A stretch of 63,588 nt of DNA, the filler included, from Rhabdomonas costata (Eukaryota), in the NCBI GenBank assembly GCA_019059605.1. It is 40 parts of 40 records of this genome, joined end to end, with 100 filler letters (N's around TTAATTAATTAA, not from the genome) between each part and the next. Parts side by side here need not be neighbours in the genome. Positions count along the whole stretch, not along the records: positions 60,512 to 62,002 come from JAHMHO010014610.1; positions 62,103 to 63,588 come from JAHMHO010014611.1; 38 more parts are not named here. The stretch is one strand, 5' to 3'. The notes under the pieces were generated by a model. The model saw only the letters and a program-made list of their open reading frames with translations. It did no database searches and was not told the DNA's origin. How positions within the stretch are numbered: the stretch's first letter is position 1; each line of letters starts with the position of its first letter. A program made the translations under genes and the position numbers. Of this stretch, positions 61,093 to 63,588 are shown in pieces.

Positions 61093-63588
61093 TAGAAAAT
61101 TGGCTTAAAGCATTTCCTAATTTGACTGACCAGATAAAATACGCCAACAATCTCGAAATGACCCTATTTTCGTGTGAGGGGGTTCGGTAAACTTTTTCAG
61201 TGCTCCCCAGATGAACCGTAATAACTCCCCCTCACGCACACCGTCCACACAACGCCAAAAGGGCAGACGGGTGAGATTAAACCCAAAACCAGTATTATCC
61301 GTCACAAGACTGGCCGCTTGAAGAGCACCATTTTGTCCACCCCTGGAACAAACACCCAGAGAGCACATCGCCCCCCCCCACACACACAGTCACACCTAAT
61401 ATGAGACAGGCACCAACGTGGGTTTTGGTTTCATTAACATGGATTTTTCTCTGTGTTGATGTATGCATCAGCATCAATCCTGCTTGCGCCTGCATGGGGC
61501 TTTTTATCAGACTGGAAGGCTTGCGCCTTTGCGCTTATTTGTGAGAATTCGTGTTCTTACACAAAGCCGTCGTTCACGCCCAGTCGAAAATGCTTACGGG
61601 CGGTGTCCGAAATACTATTTACTCCATTTTAGCTCCATTTGAGAACAAGCTCCAAGGGCGCTCTGCCGTAATAATCTGCGTCCGCTCCCTATAACCCTAT
61701 TTGAATTGCATTGTATTTGAATTGCAACCAGACACCGCCCTACACCCCTTTTTAAATGGTACGCCACCACCACGGCATACACATTATGTTCCTTCTCCTC
61801 TGAGCTCTCCGGTCTCATCCTTCCTACCTTCCCCCTTTCCCAACCTCTCCCGTTCCTTCCTATGTTTTTCCGTGCTCTTGCCTGCCTGGTTGAGCAGACC
61901 ACTGCTTTTCGGACCCCAATGAACATCATTCGACTTTCCTGCTTGACCCACATGAAGGCGACCACGACCCTGAGGGTATTCCCACACCCCCCCTGAAAGA
62001 AANNNNNNNNNNNNNNNNNNNNNNNNNNNNNNNNNNNNNNNNNNNNTTAATTAATTAANNNNNNNNNNNNNNNNNNNNNNNNNNNNNNNNNNNNNNNNNN
62101 NNCGTTTTGTTGTACTTTCAACCTCCATTACTTGAGATTCCTTGTCAGCTTCCGTTTTTTAATCCATATGCATTGGTGGGTCATCACACAAGAAGATCTA
62201 TTCATCTCGGAGGAGGAGGACTGAGATTGAAAACACCTTTGCCATCGCCCTCGTTCCCCAAGGCACCACCAGCGAGAAGCTGGGTGCTAGGAAGCCACGG
62301 ACGCGACATAAAAATAGGAAAATCACGCGAGCACATTGATATGATAATTAAAACGAAAGAAAGGTCACCTAGAAAACCTCCAGAACCTCCAGAACAAGGA
62401 AAGCACTGCGCGGGACTTACCTTCATCAGGCAAACTCCACTATTCCACCTGACTCGGGGCCAAAGTGGCGGGTGGTGGGTCCCTTCCGGGCTACAACAAT
62501 CTCGACAACGCCCCATGCTACCAAATTCACTCTTCCTCCCCAGAACTGCCCTCTTCTGTCCCCCCTGTCGAGGGGAGCCTGGATGAGGAGGACACCTCCG
62601 GCCCGACGGGCGGCCGGGGCTGCAGCTGGAGCCGCGGCTGAAGTTCCCGCGTCACCACCCGAAGCTGCACCGCGGAGGCGAACAGCGTGGGTGCAGGCTT
62701 CCTCGTGGTGGAGGCACACGCGGAGCTTCGGGACGTGGCGCGTCCAGGGAGGTCGTCCCCGGGATGGTCTTCCGAGGAGGAGTGGCCAGAATCCGTGCTG
62801 CCGGCGCGGCCTCGGGATTGGAGTTGAGTCTGGGCTTGGGCCCGCTCCAGAATGGACCGCACAAACTCCGCCGAGGGGCACAGGCTCTCCGCAGGGCGTT
62901 CAGGAGAAACTTTCTCCAGAAACGCAGCCGCCGCACAGGAGGCTGAAGCGTAGTCCCCTGAATCGGATACCAGACCCGCCTCGATTCAGGCACCACCCAA
63001 TCGCGTGGGTTTTCACCGAAACTATATCACTCTCGCTCAGGTCTCTGGCTTCAGCACGACCAGAATACAGCTGTCCAGCTGCCAAGGGCAGCGCTGTTCG
63101 TTGGTCGTCCGGAAGATCCACGAAAGACGGGGAATAGGAAGGATCCTATAACTCCGCCGTCGTTGTCAAGCAAGCCAAGGAGGAAAGGGGTCAGGAGTCT
63201 TAGATTGCAAGGTTGGGCTTCGCGGTGAGAGAGATTTGAGAGTTGGGGCAAAGGATGCAACTAGGGCGGGGAGGTGTTCAGTAATTCTCAGAAACACTTT
63301 CACATTTCGAATGGGAGAGGGTTTTCGTGCGGTGAGGTAAACGGCAATTGAACTGCGTGGTTGATGTCAAACCTGATGAGGTGAATCTATTGCATCTGCT
63401 CCTCTGCAACTGCAGCCTGTCTTTTCTATGTCAGGAACTTCAGAGCTAGCAAGGCACAATTCAAAATCCAAAATTCCATTCAAAGTTGGCGCAGACCTTA
63501 TTCAGGATCTGATGGGGGGGGACTCACAAGTGGTACAAGCTCACCTTCGTAGAAGGCGGTGGCGCAGGTCGCCCACTCCTTATGCGGA

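Noticed and set aside
62426-63137. Overlapping long GC-rich ORFs on both strands
   Set aside because: Probably contains an exon, but I could not determine strand, frame or family.

Overview
This window is not a continuous locus. It is about 40 unrelated ~1.49-kb contigs joined by artificial 100-nt spacers (N44-TTAATTAATTAA-N44), so nothing can be inferred from neighbourhood across a spacer. Many contig ends carry G/T-only or A/C-only tails and fold-back inverted duplications, which point to whole-genome-amplification artefacts. Most contigs are fragments of an intron-rich eukaryotic nuclear genome with GC-rich exons and GT-AG introns. The host is probably a euglenozoan/euglenid (inference from a PAC-like BLUF domain, a Venus-flytrap receptor adenylate-cyclase-type ectodomain, a kinetoplastid-type CCCH finger and a HemC with no targeting presequence). 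Other recognisable exons are alpha-L-fucosidase, PEX2, RAD54B, WDR18-like, a USP, METTL17/Rsm22, MATE and sugar-porter transporters, a Kelch protein, a tandem Cache-like sensor and a motif-degenerate SF1 helicase. One contig (35030-36521) is compositionally foreign: very AT-rich and intronless. It encodes a Type I R-M HsdM-like N6-adenine methyltransferase preceded by the Mimiviridae early promoter octamer AAAATTGA and an AT-rich hairpin, so it is a candidate giant-virus fragment, either endogenous or co-sequenced. All family assignments were made by eye from motifs; no database search was run.
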